This document shows, in pieces, positions 62,913-64,000 of a DNA stretch of 64,000 nucleotides. Position 1 is the first letter of the stretch; every line of letters begins with the position of its first letter. The notes below the pieces were generated by a model. That model made no database searches. It was not told the DNA's origin and was given only the letters and a program-made list of their open reading frames with translations. Made by a program: the position numbers and the translations under genes. The stretch is taken from positions 3,136,001-3,200,000 of the forward strand of contig OZ244720.1 of assembly GCA_965219085.1 (NCBI GenBank). Direction: 5' to 3'. This stretch comes from Dehalococcoidia bacterium (lineage in GTDB: Bacteria; Chloroflexota; Dehalococcoidia; UBA2979).

Positions 62913-64000
62913 TCAGCGATGGCGCCAGGAGAGGAGCGGGAGCAGCTCCGTCACGTCGGGCTGCTCCTCGAGCGCCCAGACGCGGCGCTCCACCTCGCTG
63001 ACGCGCGCGTCGTCGAGGAGGCCGCTGGCGCAATCCTCGAACTTCTCCTCGACCTGCCGATCGGTCAGGGGGTTGTCGGGGCCGCCGCGGTAGGCCTCCC
63101 TGGCCTCGCGCTCGAAGCGACGGCCGTCCCGGGTCTCGAGCACGAGCCGTGAGCGAATCTTGTCGACGCCGCGGGCCTCGATCCCGGCGTCGTGGGCCGT
63201 CTCGACGCGGCGCTGCATCTCCTGGACGTCGGGCCTGTTCACGAAGTCGTCGGTGAACTCGTGCTTCCCCGCGCGCCCGGCGATGGCGATCGCCGAGAGC
63301 AGGAACGCCATCGAGAACTTCCCCTCGAGCTCGGTCGTCGCGACCCGGTAGCGGATCGGACCGAGGATGTTGTTGCCGGCGTAGAGGGTGATGCGGTCGA
63401 TGTCGCCGGAGGAGAGCCCCTCGTCCTGCATCAGCGCCAGGAGCGCGTCCATCGACGGGTGTGTGAGCACGCCGCAGGGGTAAGGCTTGATGGAGACGCC
63501 GGGGCTCTCGATGGAGAGGGGCGCGCCGAAGCGGCCGCGCACGAGCTCCGGCTCGGCGCCTCGGCCGGCGACGGCGAGGTAGCCCCACCGGCCGTCGATC
63601 GCCTCCTCGTGCGCGGTGAAGCCCTCGCTCGCGAGGAGCGCCGCCGTCACGCCGTTCTCGGCGGCGCGGCCGACGTGCAGCGGCTTGGTCATCGTCCCGA
63701 AGTTCACGCGGATCCCCGATGCCATCGAGGCGGCGATCCCGATGGTCCGCGCCGTCGTGGTCGCATCGAGCCCGAGCAGCTTCGCGGCCGCGGTCGCCGC
63801 GCCGAGCGTCCCGAACGTGCCGCTCGAATGGAAGCCACCGATGTAGTGATCCGGCGTCACCGCCTCGTTGAGCTTGCACTCCACCTCGAATCCGGCGACG
63901 AAGGCGGTGAGGAAGCGGCGGCCGCCGACGCCGCCTAGCAGTTCTGCCACGGCGAGGCAGGCGGCAAGCGGCGGCATCGTGGGGTGTGTGAGCAGCCCGT
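62913..64000 (-). CDS. MmgE/PrpD-family protein (runs off the window)
   Basis: GFHSSGT, NFGTMTKPLHVG, IKPYPCG, GKFS. Confidence 0.9.
   Translation of the reverse strand, partial: GLLTHPTMPPLAACLAVAELLGGVGGRRFLTAFVAGFEVECKLNEAVTPDHYIGGFHSSGTFGTLGAATAAAKLLGLDATTTARTIGIAASMASGIRVNFGTMTKPLHVGRAAENGVTAALLASEGFTAHEEAIDGRWGYLAVAGRGAEPELVRGRFGAPLSIESPGVSIKPYPCGVLTHPSMDALLALMQDEGLSSGDIDRITLYAGNNILGPIRYRVATTELEGKFSMAFLLSAIAIAGRAGKHEFTDDFVNRPDVQEMQRRVETAHDAGIEARGVDKIRSRLVLETRDGRRFEREAREAYRGGPDNPLTDRQVEEKFEDCASGLLDDARVSEVERRVWALEEQPDVTELLPLLSWRHR

Overview
GC-rich bacterial DNA. The gene content (many family III CoA-transferases, crotonases, VOC and MmgE/PrpD enzymes, cadherin/arylsulfotransferase surface proteins) resembles Dehalococcoidia/SAR202-type Chloroflexota, possibly host-associated; this taxonomy is inference only. 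Bases 1-26.3 kb are mostly intact metabolic genes, including a rhodanese-lipoprotein/TusA/TusA-like/YeeE sulfur module with an Rrf2-like operator and a tandem pair of 810-aa fused CoA-transferases. After tRNA-Gly(GCC) and tRNA-Leu(CAA), a ~36 kb island (26.6-62.6 kb) ends at a duplicate of the tRNA-Leu 3' half. It carries IS5, IS1380, IS256, IS3 and two IS110-family elements, a group II intron 5' fragment, decayed toxin-antitoxin genes and fragmented adhesin genes. The main finding is an IS110 element (38365-39870) with a fully readable bridge RNA whose target guides match its insertion site. That site is the donor-binding loop of the bridge/seek RNA of a second, IS1111-type element, so one RNA-guided recombinase element appears programmed to insert into another's guide RNA. 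A group II intron fragment likewise sits in an IS256-type terminal repeat.
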